NCBI GenBank assembly: GCA_030765485.1
Contig: JAVCCR010000017.1
Location: 10,298 to 74,297 of the forward strand
Direction of reading: 5' to 3'
Source of the DNA: Candidatus Gygaella obscura
GTDB lineage: Bacteria > Omnitrophota > Gorgyraeia > Gygaellales > Gygaellaceae
DNA length: 64,000 nt
A model generated the notes under the pieces. The model was not told where the DNA came from and searched no databases. It saw only the letters and a program-made list of their open reading frames with translations. This document shows, piece by piece, positions 1-10,422 of this stretch (its first letter is position 1; each line of letters begins with the position of its first letter). Made by a program: the position numbers and the translations under genes.

Positions 1-319
1 TCTTATTATCTGTTAATGTTTGAATTAGAATTGCCACTCCTCCGGAAGCATAACCTTCATAAATACACTCTTCATAAGAAATACCCGGCAGCTCTCCCGT
101 TCCTCTTTTAATTGCCTCTTCAATCCTGTCTTTGGGCATATTATTGATTTTAGCCCTATTCATTGCAACTCTTAACGCTGGATTCATATCTGAATTTCCA
201 CCACTACTACGAGATGCAGCAACAATCTCTTTAATCAGCTTAGTAAACATTGCTCCTCTTTTTGCATCGGCAGCGGCTTTCTTATGCTTAGTCGTTGCCC
301 ACTTTGAATGTCCTGACAT
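1..319 (-). CDS. yebC: YebC/PmpR family regulator, N-terminal part (runs off window edge; not in ORF track)
   Basis: Manual translation from ATG at 319 gives [32 protein letters not shown]...NPALR...[16 protein letters not shown]...YEGY; GAGGAG RBS upstream. Confidence 0.95.
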   Translation of the reverse strand, partial: MSGHSKWATTKHKKAAADAKRGAMFTKLIKEIVAASRSSGGNSDMNPALRVAMNRAKINNMPKDRIEEAIKRGTGELPGISYEECIYEGYASGGVAILIQTLTDNK

Positions 320-351
320 AACCTACTCCTCTTCCTTTACCTTTGTTTTTA

Positions 352-706
352 AAAACAGGCCTGTAAGCCGAGTTCTGTTTACTCATTTCTGAGCGGTGAC
401 ATTTATCTAAGATCCGATGTTTCCATCAGATTCAAGCGGCCAACCCAAGGATAATAACGAACCGGGATAGTTCTCTCCTTCTACTTGGCCTTGCTCCGCG
501 TAGAGATTACCTCGTTTCACGTCATTCGCTTAACACGAACTACTCGTCTCTGTGGCTCTCACCCGTAAAAACGGGGCTCTTTTTTCAAGAGTATCCTCTT
601 CAATTTAAATAAAATTAAAGGATGGCTATTAAGCCATTACGCTTCCCTTTGGAGCTCGGACTTTCCTCCCGCTATCGTTAGATAACGAGTATCACCTAGC
701 CTTTTT
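352..706 (-). ncRNA. rnpB: RNase P RNA (bacterial type A-like); ends approximate
   Basis: Minus strand has GAGGAAAGTCCGAGCTCC near the 5' end, GCCACAGAGACGAG, GTGAAACGAGGTAATCTCTAC..GGAGCAAG internally, and ACAGAACTCGGCTTACAG at the 3' end. Confidence 0.93.
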
Positions 707-1102
707 CTTTTTTTTAAATACATCATTTGCCAATTTATCAGCACCTTTGTTAAGATTACGCCTTATATGCACAATAGAAAACTTCTTAAAAGCACTAATA
801 AGATGCTTGGCTCTATCAAAAAGAACTTTTAAGTTCTCATTTTTAACCTTATACTTGCCGTTGATCTGTTTAAAAAGTAATTCGCTGTCTGTACGGATTC
901 TTAAAACCTCAGCATTTAAAATCAATGCTTCTTCCAACGCATAAATCAAAGCCTTGTATTCAGCAACATTGTTAGTCGCCTCACCGATATAATCTGAAAT
1001 ATTCTTTACAACCTCTCCATTACAACAAATAACCACTCCCACTGAAGCTGGCCCAGGATTGCCTTTTGAAGCCCCATCAATATATATATCCAATACCTTC
1101 AT
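692..1102 (-). CDS. rnhA: Ribonuclease HI family protein
   Basis: DGASKGNPG, TNNVAEY, DSEL, NKGADKLAN acidic catalytic motifs. Confidence 0.92.
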   Translation of the reverse strand: MKVLDIYIDGASKGNPGPASVGVVICCNGEVVKNISDYIGEATNNVAEYKALIYALEEALILNAEVLRIRTDSELLFKQINGKYKVKNENLKVLFDRAKHLISAFKKFSIVHIRRNLNKGADKLANDVFKKKKKAR

Positions 1103-1103
1103 A

Positions 1104-1832
1104 TCAAGTTACCATGTCGTCTTCAAGATAAAGAATCCTCGAACACATCCCGCAATGAATTATCTTATCAAACATCTTTATCTCATTAATAATTTGTGCC
1201 GTAACATTCATAAAACAACCTTGACATGAATTATTATAGACTGCAACAATAGCTAAACCGTCTTTGTTCTCTAAAATCTTTTCGTACCCTGCAAGAACAC
1301 CCCTATCTGTCTCCTGAGCAATCTGAGAACGTTTAAATTCTAAATCTTTCAAAGTCGAATCGATCTCCTTTGTTCTTAAATCAATTTTCACTTTTACTTC
1401 TTTTAATTTATCTTCTTCCTGCTTAAGAACAACCGCCTCTTTTTCTTTATCTTTATTCAATAAATCCAACTCATCCATCAATTCGATAATATCGTCTTCT
1501 AAAACAGAGGAATCTGCTTTTATCCCTTCAATTTCTTTCAGCATCGCTTTGTATTCTTCGTTTTTCTTTAAAGTATACAGTTGAGAATGCTGCTTCTTGA
1601 CTTTCTCTTCTTTTATGCCCAATTCAATTTCTTTTTCTTTGCGCCTTTTTAAATTATCTATAATCAAATTTTCAATTCGTTTAAAATTGTCCTTCTTTTG
1701 CTCAAATTCACTATTAAGTCTTTCAATCAATTCAGGCATTCTCCCTTTTTCTTCTTTTAACTTGTATATCTTGGAATCAAAATCCTGCAAAACTATAAGT
1801 TTTTTTAATTGTTCTTTTATTGATATTGGCAT
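1104..1832 (-). CDS. Coiled-coil protein with C-terminal C4 zinc ribbon (DUF164-like)
   Basis: Long charged coiled coil followed by CQGC...CGMCSRIL; typical neighbour of rnhA and Nif3 genes. Confidence 0.88.
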   Translation of the reverse strand: MPISIKEQLKKLIVLQDFDSKIYKLKEEKGRMPELIERLNSEFEQKKDNFKRIENLIIDNLKRRKEKEIELGIKEEKVKKQHSQLYTLKKNEEYKAMLKEIEGIKADSSVLEDDIIELMDELDLLNKDKEKEAVVLKQEEDKLKEVKVKIDLRTKEIDSTLKDLEFKRSQIAQETDRGVLAGYEKILENKDGLAIVAVYNNSCQGCFMNVTAQIINEIKMFDKIIHCGMCSRILYLEDDMVT

Positions 1833-1854
1833 AATTTTAATTATCTTTCATAAA

Positions 1855-1931
1855 TGGTGGGCGTAATTGGAGTTGAACCAATGACCTCGTGCATGTGAAG
1901 CACGCGCTCTAACCAACTGAGCTATACGCCC
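1855..1931 (-). tRNA. tRNA-Val(CAC)
   Basis: GGGCGTATAGCTCAGTTGGTTAGAGC, anticodon arm CGTGC-TTCACAT-GCACG, GGTTCAA T-loop, encoded CCA. Confidence 0.95.
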
Positions 1932-1936
1932 TTTAA

Positions 1937-2009
1937 TGGGCCCACAGGGATTTGAACCCCGGACCAAGTGATTATGAGTCACCTGCTCTAACCACTGAGC
2001 TATGGGCCC
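1937..2009 (-). tRNA. tRNA with CAT anticodon, most likely tRNA-Ile2 (lysidine-modified); CCA not encoded
   Basis: GGGCCCATAGCTCAGTGGTTAGAGCAGGTGACTCATAATCACTTGGTC resembles ileX-type tRNAs; paired first base pair, no initiator GGG/CCC anticodon stem. Confidence 0.85.
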
Positions 2010-2041
2010 AAAATATAATAAAACTGCTAATCAGACTTTAA

Positions 2042-2070
2042 ATTATACACATTTTTTAGATTTAAGGCAA
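2042..2070 (-). promoter_or_regulatory. Sigma70-type promoter for the tRNA pair and downstream genes
   Basis: TTGCCT-17 nt-TATAAT on the minus strand. Confidence 0.7.
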
Positions 2071-2142
2071 GAAAAAAATACATAAAAAAGATTTAACCTA
2101 TTGATAAGCTGGTAGTTAAAGTTGTACTAAGGAAGGAATTTA

Positions 2143-2895
2143 CTATTTATTTTTTGATACTCTACTTATCCTACCATTATATATATAGTTATATATAATT
2201 TCCGGCATTAACCTCGTAATCAAAGCTATCACTTGCCATCTTTTAGTCACATAGACAACTTTTTTTTTGTTTTCTATTGCATCAATCATCTGAGAAACCG
2301 CCTTTTCAACTGGCTGCAGCCAAAAATTATTCGTTCTTCCTTTGACCATCGGTGTATCAATAAGACCTGGTCTGATATCAGTAACAGATATCTTTGTTTT
2401 GCTTAACTTTTGCCTCAAGCCTGCCATATAATTTGATACAAACGCCTTAGAGGCATTATAAGCAGGGGATCTACCGCTTCCCCTTAATCCAGCAATGGAA
2501 GAAATCCCAACGATATGCCCTTTTCCAAATGAAATAAAATAATTAACAGCAACATTAACCATGGCCGTAAATCCACAGACATTAACATTTATAGTAGCGA
2601 TTTCAGATTCTAGTTTTAAATCAGGATTAGCAATCCAAATGCCGGAATTAATAATAATTAAATCCACCTGCTGCATTTGGTTGATAAGCTCTCTAAGCTT
2701 TCTTACAGCGTCATCGATTAAAAATACATCAATAGTCTTTATGAAGGACTTATTAGTAAGTTTTTTTTGAATATCTTCCAACAGCTGCGTTCTTCTAGCG
2801 ACTAAGCCGACTTCATAACCTAAACCTGATAACTGCTGACTAAGCTCTGCGCCGATTCCGGAACTGGCGCCGACTATTATTGCTTTTTTTGGCAT
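2143..2895 (-). CDS. Short-chain dehydrogenase/reductase
   Basis: GASSGIG Rossmann motif, SS, YNASK catalytic motif. Confidence 0.92.
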   Translation of the reverse strand: MPKKAIIVGASSGIGAELSQQLSGLGYEVGLVARRTQLLEDIQKKLTNKSFIKTIDVFLIDDAVRKLRELINQMQQVDLIIINSGIWIANPDLKLESEIATINVNVCGFTAMVNVAVNYFISFGKGHIVGISSIAGLRGSGRSPAYNASKAFVSNYMAGLRQKLSKTKISVTDIRPGLIDTPMVKGRTNNFWLQPVEKAVSQMIDAIENKKKVVYVTKRWQVIALITRLMPEIIYNYIYNGRISRVSKNK

Positions 2896-2900
2896 TAAAA

Positions 2901-4451
2901 TTAACTTTGACGATTAAGGAACTGCTGTAATGCCCTTGAACGAGTGGGATGACGTAGTTTTCTTAAAGCCTTAGCTTCTATCTGGCGAACACGCTCACGC
3001 GTAACCTTAAAAACATTACCAACCTCTTCTAATGTATGGGCGCATCCATCCGTAATACCAAAACGCATTGTAAGAATTCTTTTTTCTCTTTCGCTTAAAC
3101 TTTCTAGTGCGCCATCTATTTCTTCACGCAACATAGAATCAGCAGTAGCATTAGCAGGTGAAACTGCTTTTTTATCCTCAATAAAATCTCCGAAATGTGT
3201 ATCTCCTTCATCTCCGATAGGGGTCTGAAGAGAAATAGGCTCCTGCGCGACCTTAAGAATACTCTTTACCTTAGACTGTGGTAATTTCATTAAACGGGCT
3301 ACCTCTCCAGGCGTAGGTTCACGTCCGTTTTCTTGAACGAATATCCTTGTTAAACGTATAATCTTGTTAATTGTTTCGGTCATATGTACTGGAATCCTTA
3401 TCGTTCTAGCCTGATCGGCAATTGAACGAGTTATCGCTTGTCTAATCCACCACGTTGCATATGTAGAAAATTTATAACCTCTTCGATATTCAAACTTTTC
3501 CACAGCTCTCATCAGTCCAATATTGCCTTCTTGAATCAAATCAAGGAAAGAAAGACCTCTATTGGTATATTTTTTTGCAATACTCACAACAAGCCTAAGA
3601 TTAGCTTCAACAAGCTTCTTTTTAAAACGATTAAAACGTGACTGTCTAACCTTTATAATTTTTAGTCTTTCTTTGCCTTTTTCATAATCTAAACCTAGTA
3701 TTTTAAGAATTTTACTTTTATTAGTGAGTAGTTCTTTTTTCTTTTTTAAGGAAGCTTTTCTTTTGGTACATTTATTAATCTGCCTGGTAAAACTATCACA
3801 CTCCTTCATCATCTTGCAGAATCTAAAAGAAATATCCTCAATGAGAGATACAGTAAAATTAAATTCTGAAAGAAGTTTTTGATTATTAGTTTTTCTGCGT
3901 GTCTTCTTCAACTTGTTAATTAGTTTTTTTAACTTACGTATAATAATTTCTTTGTTAACTTTTAAATCATCCTTAACTACGTCTTCTATATTCTCCAATC
4001 CATCAGCGTTACGCCTAGCAATAGCTAGGACATCATCTCTTGCTAAAGGAACGGATAATACCGCTTCTCTTAACCTCAACTCTGAATATTCTATTTTCTT
4101 TGCGAGATCTATTTCCTGCTCTCTGGTCAAAAGAGAAATAGAACCCATCTGTTTAAGATACATCTTAACCGGGTCATCTAAAGGAAGAAATTTATCCTCA
4201 ATCTTTAAAATAGACGTATCGTTTTCGTCTGAATCAACTTTGGAAAACTCAACTTCACGGGATTTAACTTCCGAAACATCAATAACATCAATATCCTCCT
4301 CAACTAAAATATCAAAAACATTATCAATATCATCGGAAGAACTTATATCACTGGGAAGTAGATTATTCAACTCATCATAAGTAACATAACCTTTTTGTTT
4401 ACCGACAATAATCAACTTCTCAACTTCTTTTTTCATAGTCTGTTTATCCAT
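2901..4451 (-). CDS. rpoD: RNA polymerase primary sigma factor
   Basis: [60 protein letters not shown]; region 1.1 present. Confidence 0.98.
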   Translation of the reverse strand: MDKQTMKKEVEKLIIVGKQKGYVTYDELNNLLPSDISSSDDIDNVFDILVEEDIDVIDVSEVKSREVEFSKVDSDENDTSILKIEDKFLPLDDPVKMYLKQMGSISLLTREQEIDLAKKIEYSELRLREAVLSVPLARDDVLAIARRNADGLENIEDVVKDDLKVNKEIIIRKLKKLINKLKKTRRKTNNQKLLSEFNFTVSLIEDISFRFCKMMKECDSFTRQINKCTKRKASLKKKKELLTNKSKILKILGLDYEKGKERLKIIKVRQSRFNRFKKKLVEANLRLVVSIAKKYTNRGLSFLDLIQEGNIGLMRAVEKFEYRRGYKFSTYATWWIRQAITRSIADQARTIRIPVHMTETINKIIRLTRIFVQENGREPTPGEVARLMKLPQSKVKSILKVAQEPISLQTPIGDEGDTHFGDFIEDKKAVSPANATADSMLREEIDGALESLSEREKRILTMRFGITDGCAHTLEEVGNVFKVTRERVRQIEAKALRKLRHPTRSRALQQFLNRQS

Positions 4452-6205
4452 TATCCATCCTTTTTTGTTAAAGTTAGAAATTCCTGCAAAAGTGAATCTA
4501 ATTCTTTTTTGTTTTTCGTCCTTTCGGCATTGCGGATCCGTTCTTCCAATTCAAACCTTTTTGATTTCAGGTTATCTCCCTTGATTCTTTCTACACAATC
4601 CATTAAAATCTTTTCCCTATCTTCCGGGATATCATTGTTATCAGATACCGCCCTACAGATAATATCCGAAGAGGCATCTTCAATAAAACAATTAAGAAGT
4701 AGACTTGTATTTATTTTCTTTCCTTCTTGGAAAAAATCATAAACCTTATCAATAATCTTTTTAATCTTTACATCACTGAATCTACAACCATGAACCAAAG
4801 CTACGTATTTATTCAACAACTGTTCATCTAATAATAGCAATTTAAGAATTAAGAATTCTTTGGGATTAATGATTGAATCAATCCTATCAAACTCAGGCTT
4901 GGACACAATATTTTTATTTTTAATTTTTTTTAACTCCAAAAGCAACGATTCCTCTTTTATCCCTATGTCTTCTGCTAGTTTTCTTACATATTCAGATATC
5001 AATATGTTATTTTGAAACTTACTAATAGAAAGTAACATTTCATTAGCTATCTTTGCTTTGGAATGGATATCGTTTTCTTTATACGAATTACGCAGAAACA
5101 TTAATTTAAATTCATATATACTTAAAGCATCTGTAATATGCTTTTGAAACTCCTTGATCCCGCGCTTTTTTATAAAACTATCTGGGTCAAAACCCTTTTC
5201 CAAAGATACAACCTTAGCAGGTATATCTTGCTCTATAAATAAATCAAGACTGCGCATACTCGCCATTTGACCTGCCTCATCGGAATCAAATACTACAATA
5301 ATGTTATTGGTAAACCGCCTTAAAATCTTTATCTGAGAAACAGTTAACGCTGTACCCAAAGAAGCCACTACATTTTCAATTCCTGCGCAAAAACATGCTA
5401 AAAAATCCATATATCCTTCTACTACTAATGCCTGATCTTTATCTTTAATTGATTGTTTGGCAATATCTAAACCATACAAATGCTGACCCTTAGTATAAAT
5501 CGCGCTTTCAGGAGAATTAATGTATTTAGGCAAGCTATTATCTAAAACTCTAGCTCCAAAACCTACTATGCGCGAACGTATATCAGAAATCGGAATCATA
5601 AGCCTATTGCGAAATCTATCATAATAACCACCCGTTGTCTTTGCAATTGCAAGGCCTGCCTTTTCAATCAATGAGATCGAAATCCCCTTGGATGAAAGAT
5701 ACTTAATCAACGCATCCCAACCATCAGAAGAATAACCCAGCTTAAACTTTTTAACAGTTTCCAGCGTAATCCCTCTTTTCTTTAGATATTCAACTGCGGG
5801 TTTCGTTCGGTTTGAACCGTTTAAAAGGTTTTTCTGAAAAAAACTAACTGCTAATTCGTTTATCCGGAATAATCTTTCTCTTATATTCTCTGCTTTTAAA
5901 AAACCTTGACTGCGAGGAATCACTACTCCTGCAGTTCTAGCTAATGTATCTACAGCATCAGGAAAATCCATTCTTTCATGCTTCATTAAAAAACTAATCG
6001 CATTGCCACCCGCACCACAACCAAAACAGTGGTAAATCTGTCGCTCTGGACTTACCATAAAAGAAGGTGTTTTTTCAGCATGAAACGGACAATTAGCCCT
6101 AAAATTTCTACCAGCCCTTTTAAGAGGCAAATATCCTGAAATCAACTCAACTATATCTATCTTACTTAAGATATCGTCTAAGATATTGTCTGGAATATTA
6201 CTCAT
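4451..6205 (-). CDS. dnaG: DNA primase
   Basis: CPFH..CFGC zinc finger, [24 protein letters not shown] Toprim motifs. Confidence 0.98.
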   Translation of the reverse strand: MSNIPDNILDDILSKIDIVELISGYLPLKRAGRNFRANCPFHAEKTPSFMVSPERQIYHCFGCGAGGNAISFLMKHERMDFPDAVDTLARTAGVVIPRSQGFLKAENIRERLFRINELAVSFFQKNLLNGSNRTKPAVEYLKKRGITLETVKKFKLGYSSDGWDALIKYLSSKGISISLIEKAGLAIAKTTGGYYDRFRNRLMIPISDIRSRIVGFGARVLDNSLPKYINSPESAIYTKGQHLYGLDIAKQSIKDKDQALVVEGYMDFLACFCAGIENVVASLGTALTVSQIKILRRFTNNIIVVFDSDEAGQMASMRSLDLFIEQDIPAKVVSLEKGFDPDSFIKKRGIKEFQKHITDALSIYEFKLMFLRNSYKENDIHSKAKIANEMLLSISKFQNNILISEYVRKLAEDIGIKEESLLLELKKIKNKNIVSKPEFDRIDSIINPKEFLILKLLLLDEQLLNKYVALVHGCRFSDVKIKKIIDKVYDFFQEGKKINTSLLLNCFIEDASSDIICRAVSDNNDIPEDREKILMDCVERIKGDNLKSKRFELEERIRNAERTKNKKELDSLLQEFLTLTKKDG

Positions 6206-7155
6206 CTATGTCGTATTCTTTCAAATCCCGAACAACAAACAAAATTTAGCTTTTGTTTCTTTTCAACCTCATCAAAAAGAAGATTTAAACCAAGGGTATC
6301 TGAGGAAATGTGACCTGCAATAACAACATTAAGACTATGTTTTTTTGCGTTCTTTAAATGATCTTCGCTTAAATGCATACATACCAAAGTCCTTACGCCA
6401 GCCTGAGAAAGTCTACCAAATATATCTTTGGAACCTTCTGTGCCGCCGGTCATATCAACAAATATTTTACCGGCACTATCTTTCTCTTTTCCGGCAATTA
6501 TCTTAGGACCAGATTTTCTAGCTGCAGCATTTCTATATTCTTTTATGGAAAATAAAATACTTAATACTTCTTTTATTGACTTTGGTCGCTTCTTTTCAAA
6601 CAATTTCTGTAAAAAAGTTGTGACGCAATTATCTGCTACTGTATGTGCCGACATTAACGCAACATTCAATAATCTTGCTGCATCAATAGTTTTTTCATGG
6701 TTTACAGGCAAAAGCCTACGCTGAACCAAATCCATCCTCTCCTGTAAAAGGTTTTTTGTAAAATCAGGATCAAGACCTTCCTTTGCAAGAATTCCTTTAT
6801 GCATACTCATTACATCATACAAACCTGCCAAAGCCATACCTTCAGGATGATGAGAAATCAATAAATCTATATTCTGTTTTTGTTTTAAACGATCAAACAA
6901 TAAAACCTCAGAAACATCAATATCAATTCCAACCATAACCTTATTTACCATTAACTCTCTACTACCGTTAAGGATACGGGTATCGGCATATGGATTGGTT
7001 AATTCCTGCTTATCAAAAAATCTTTTTTCCTTCGTGGCAAGCTTTTTAAACTGCTGCCTATTTTCTTTTAATTTTTCCTGAACTGCCTTAAGACCACGTG
7101 GATCATTCTTGATGCCAATTTTGACAACCGTATCATAGAAATCATTTAATTTCAT
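6202..7155 (-). CDS. NIF3-like dinuclear metal protein
   Basis: NPYADTRIL, SHHPEG, HTVAD, AGHISSD metal-binding motifs. Confidence 0.85.
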   Translation of the reverse strand: MKLNDFYDTVVKIGIKNDPRGLKAVQEKLKENRQQFKKLATKEKRFFDKQELTNPYADTRILNGSRELMVNKVMVGIDIDVSEVLLFDRLKQKQNIDLLISHHPEGMALAGLYDVMSMHKGILAKEGLDPDFTKNLLQERMDLVQRRLLPVNHEKTIDAARLLNVALMSAHTVADNCVTTFLQKLFEKKRPKSIKEVLSILFSIKEYRNAAARKSGPKIIAGKEKDSAGKIFVDMTGGTEGSKDIFGRLSQAGVRTLVCMHLSEDHLKNAKKHSLNVVIAGHISSDTLGLNLLFDEVEKKQKLNFVCCSGFERIRHR

Positions 7156-7718
7156 TTCTCTCCTTTTGTCAAATCAAAAAGCTGTTTATTTAACTCTTTA
7201 CTGGAAGAAAATTTGCTTAAAACAATATTCCAGGTAAATCTATAAGTGTTCGGTCCAGACATAGCTATTTTATTGCTGAAAAAAGATGTATCTATACTTC
7301 TTTTTAAATAATCATTATCAATAATCAGCATACCTATAATTATTGCAGAACAAAGAAAAACTGCCCTTAAAATACTAAGCAATAAACCACCCCATCTATT
7401 TACGGTTGAAACAGCTTCTATATGAACCAATCTTAAAATAAGATTTCTTATTAAAACAAATGAGAATAAAGAAACAACCAAAATTACAATATAGCTTACA
7501 AATTCAACCGGAGCCTTAGGCATATTGACCTTAGCATTAACCCAGGCGCCAAAACTTACATAATAATGAAAGGATATAATGCTCCCGGAAACCAACCCAA
7601 TAAGTTTTAACAGTTCCGTAGGAAACCCTGTCTTTGCTCCAATAAAAATAAGCCGAACAAATAACACAACTATACAGATATCAACCCAGTTTAATCTATA
7701 AATTATTTCTTTTATCAT
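7152..7718 (-). CDS. cvpA: CvpA (colicin V production) family membrane protein
   Basis: NWVDI..., G...GF..E, four TM helices, NRWGG. Confidence 0.85.
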   Translation of the reverse strand: MIKEIIYRLNWVDICIVVLFVRLIFIGAKTGFPTELLKLIGLVSGSIISFHYYVSFGAWVNAKVNMPKAPVEFVSYIVILVVSLFSFVLIRNLILRLVHIEAVSTVNRWGGLLLSILRAVFLCSAIIIGMLIIDNDYLKRSIDTSFFSNKIAMSGPNTYRFTWNIVLSKFSSSKELNKQLFDLTKGEK

Positions 7719-7743
7719 ATATATTGTGGGGATAAATTAAGTA

Positions 7744-7772
7744 AGTGTAACATATTATATAAGAAATTTCAA
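7744..7772 (-). promoter_or_regulatory. Putative sigma70 promoter of cvpA-nif3-dnaG-rpoD
   Basis: TTGAAA-17 nt-TACACT on the minus strand. Confidence 0.55.
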
Positions 7773-7789
7773 GGGTAGGCGGAATAAAA

Positions 7790-9043
7790 TCAGTCTATTA
7801 TTTTAGATAATGTAAATTTGCTTGTAACATCTTTAATAACAACAGATTGTATAATCATTTCCAGACTTACATCAGATTTAAAACCTGTATAGATATAGTT
7901 ATCTGTATAGCCTAAAAAATACCCCTTATCGTTTCTAGACTCCACCAACACTTCTAACTTCTTATTCAAGAAAGACTTACGATATTTAATCGCACAATCA
8001 CTAGCTATCTGCAATAAAATTTGTTTTCGTTCGTTTACTTCTTCTGTCTTTAAGCTACCGTCATAAATCTGACCTGCCCTAGTTCTAGGTCTTTTGCTAT
8101 AAGGAAAAACATGCATCCTCATTGGCTTAAGTTGGCGTATAAATTTAACACTATTCAAAAAACTCTTCTTATCTTCATGAGGAAAACCAACAATAATATC
8201 AGTTGATATGGCTATATCAGGTATTTTAGTTCTAATCTTATCCACCTTGAACAGATAATCCTTTACTGTGTAATGCCTATTCATAAGACTAAGCACTTTA
8301 TCGTCACCGCTTTGAAGAGGAATATGTAAATGCCTGCAAATCCTAGCGGAGTTTTTCACAATATCGATAATCTCCATATTTATATCATTAGGCTCAATAG
8401 AACTAAGCCTTATGCGAAACTCACCCTTGATTTCAAGGATTTTTCTTAGTAAATAGGCTAGATCCCTTTTTTCTTTTAAATCTTTTCCATAATCACCAAG
8501 GCAGACCCCTGTTAAAACTATTTCTTTATAACCATTAACAACTAAACCCTTAATTTCCTTCAATACGCAAGAAACACGCTTACTTCGTGAACGTCCTCGC
8601 AAAAACGGTACAATGCAATAACTACAGAAATTATTGCATCCGTCCTGAACTTTAACAAAAGCACGCGAATGACCCGCAAACTTAGTTATTGTAGCTAAAG
8701 ACACCTTATCTTTTATGCCTATCTTAGAAAGCACATGCTTTTTTTGATTATTTTTTAATAAAATTATATCCTTACTTAAGGCATTAATTGAATTAGAATC
8801 AAATTCAACAAAACAACCGGCAGCAATTATAGTAGCATTAGGATTTGTTTTTAAAGTTTTCTTAACTGACATAATGGAATTACGCTGCGCTCGCGCAGTA
8901 ACGCTACATCCATTTACAACTATATAATCACTATTTTTTGCATTGTCCTCTTTTATCCCTGCTGAAGCAAAAATCTCTCTCATCAACTGGGTTTCATACT
9001 GATTAACCTTGCAACCAAACGTGTGGAATCTAACTTTACTCAT
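7790..9043 (-). CDS. mtaB: tRNA t6A37 methylthiotransferase (radical SAM)
   Basis: TFGCKVNQYET, NGCSVT, AGC, KVQDGCNNFCSYC, RLSSIEP, HVFPYSKRP. Confidence 0.93.
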   Translation of the reverse strand: MSKVRFHTFGCKVNQYETQLMREIFASAGIKEDNAKNSDYIVVNGCSVTARAQRNSIMSVKKTLKTNPNATIIAAGCFVEFDSNSINALSKDIILLKNNQKKHVLSKIGIKDKVSLATITKFAGHSRAFVKVQDGCNNFCSYCIVPFLRGRSRSKRVSCVLKEIKGLVVNGYKEIVLTGVCLGDYGKDLKEKRDLAYLLRKILEIKGEFRIRLSSIEPNDINMEIIDIVKNSARICRHLHIPLQSGDDKVLSLMNRHYTVKDYLFKVDKIRTKIPDIAISTDIIVGFPHEDKKSFLNSVKFIRQLKPMRMHVFPYSKRPRTRAGQIYDGSLKTEEVNERKQILLQIASDCAIKYRKSFLNKKLEVLVESRNDKGYFLGYTDNYIYTGFKSDVSLEMIIQSVVIKDVTSKFTLSKIID

Positions 9044-9761
9044 AAGACATTATGACGCTTGAAGAATATATTGAAGCAGTATCAACACGCAGGGTATTTC
9101 TACCCAGACTCACAAGAATAAAATCATTCTTTTTAGCCTGAGTAATCTCAAAAGAAGTAAAATCTCCCTCCGGACCAATAAATAAAATTACATTTTTAAG
9201 ACTATTATTTTCTAATACTTCTTTTAATGGTATGCTTTCTTCATGTTTATAGGCAATCATTTTTAAACTAAATTCATCTTTTAGCAATAAAGCATCTTCA
9301 AAACTTAAAGGTAAAGAAATCTCAGGAATATCCTTTCTGAAAGACTGCTTACAGGCAGCTAAAATAATTTTTTTCCAACGTTCTATTTTTTTATCTTTCT
9401 TTAAAGTTACATTGGGTATAGTTCTTTTAGTCATAAGAGGAATGATTCGACCGACTCCAAGCTCGGTAAGTTTTTCAAGAGTATAAGTAAATCTATTTCC
9501 TTTAGCTATTGCACAACAAACTGTTAGATTCACGTTACTTTTTCTAGAGGCTTGATCTTTAGCTATTATTTTAAGCCGAATATTATCCGTACCGAAAGAA
9601 TCTATAAAACACTTATACTGCGCGCCCTGCTCATCAAAAACACTTATTATATCTTTTATCTTAAATCTAGATACGTTCTTTATATGATGAATTTCAGCAG
9701 AATCATCAATTATGATTTTATCACTTAAAATATTCCTGCTTTGACAAAAGAATCTTCTCAT
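9036..9761 (-). CDS. rsmE: 16S rRNA m3U1498 methyltransferase
   Basis: HHIKNVSR, EKLTELGV, IGPEGDF, LGRNTLRVDTA SPOUT motifs. Confidence 0.93.
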   Translation of the reverse strand: MRRFFCQSRNILSDKIIIDDSAEIHHIKNVSRFKIKDIISVFDEQGAQYKCFIDSFGTDNIRLKIIAKDQASRKSNVNLTVCCAIAKGNRFTYTLEKLTELGVGRIIPLMTKRTIPNVTLKKDKKIERWKKIILAACKQSFRKDIPEISLPLSFEDALLLKDEFSLKMIAYKHEESIPLKEVLENNSLKNVILFIGPEGDFTSFEITQAKKNDFILVSLGRNTLRVDTASIYSSSVIMSYE

Positions 9762-9765
9762 TTCA

Positions 9766-10422
9766 TCAAACCATAATAGAAATAATTAAATTCAAACCAA
9801 GATAACAGATAATAATCCCACAAATCCTTCTAAAAATAAGGTATGTCTTTGGTTTCTTTGCCATAATTTTAGGAAGCGTTCCGGCTAAAACCACAAGAAG
9901 CATCAAAGGGGAAAAAAACGTGCCTAGGCTAAAACTAAATGCATATATGCCTCCCTGGATAAAATTCTTGGAAACTAAGGCGATATACAACAGTACCCCC
10001 AAAAGAGGCGCACAAGGTAAAATTCCAACAATAACTCCCATTAATATTGATGCCTTCTTATGGGTATTTATAAAGTGGCTATGGAATTTCTTGCAAATAT
10101 CAAAATGGAGCCTTTCTTCAAAAATCATAATTAAACCCATGACAAAAATAAAAATTCCGGCAGCAACAAAAAGGATATCAATAATAATTCCTGAATACAA
10201 CTTCTGAATCACAAACTGTCCGAATAAACCGGCAATCAATCCCAAAATAGTAGTAATAATAATCCTGCCCAATGAAAACAATGACCAAACCTTAAATGAC
10301 TCGTGAGAGTTGCGTTTAGAAGCAGTAACATAACTTAATACCAGTGGACCACAACTTGCCACACAAAGAACCGAACCAAAAAAAACTCCGTTTAAAAAAA
10401 GTAACATTATGGTATCAATCAT
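9766..10422 (-). CDS. DsbD_2 / TauE-SafE-like polytopic membrane protein
   Basis: About six TM segments; CVASCGP in the first TM region and GILPCAP in a later one; start overlaps the upstream stop. Confidence 0.7.
   Translation of the reverse strand: MIDTIMLLFLNGVFFGSVLCVASCGPLVLSYVTASKRNSHESFKVWSLFSLGRIIITTILGLIAGLFGQFVIQKLYSGIIIDILFVAAGIFIFVMGLIMIFEERLHFDICKKFHSHFINTHKKASILMGVIVGILPCAPLLGVLLYIALVSKNFIQGGIYAFSFSLGTFFSPLMLLVVLAGTLPKIMAKKPKTYLIFRRICGIIICYLGLNLIISIMV

Noticed and set aside
132-392. 86-aa plus-strand ORF
   Set aside because: Antisense to yebC and the rnpB 3' end
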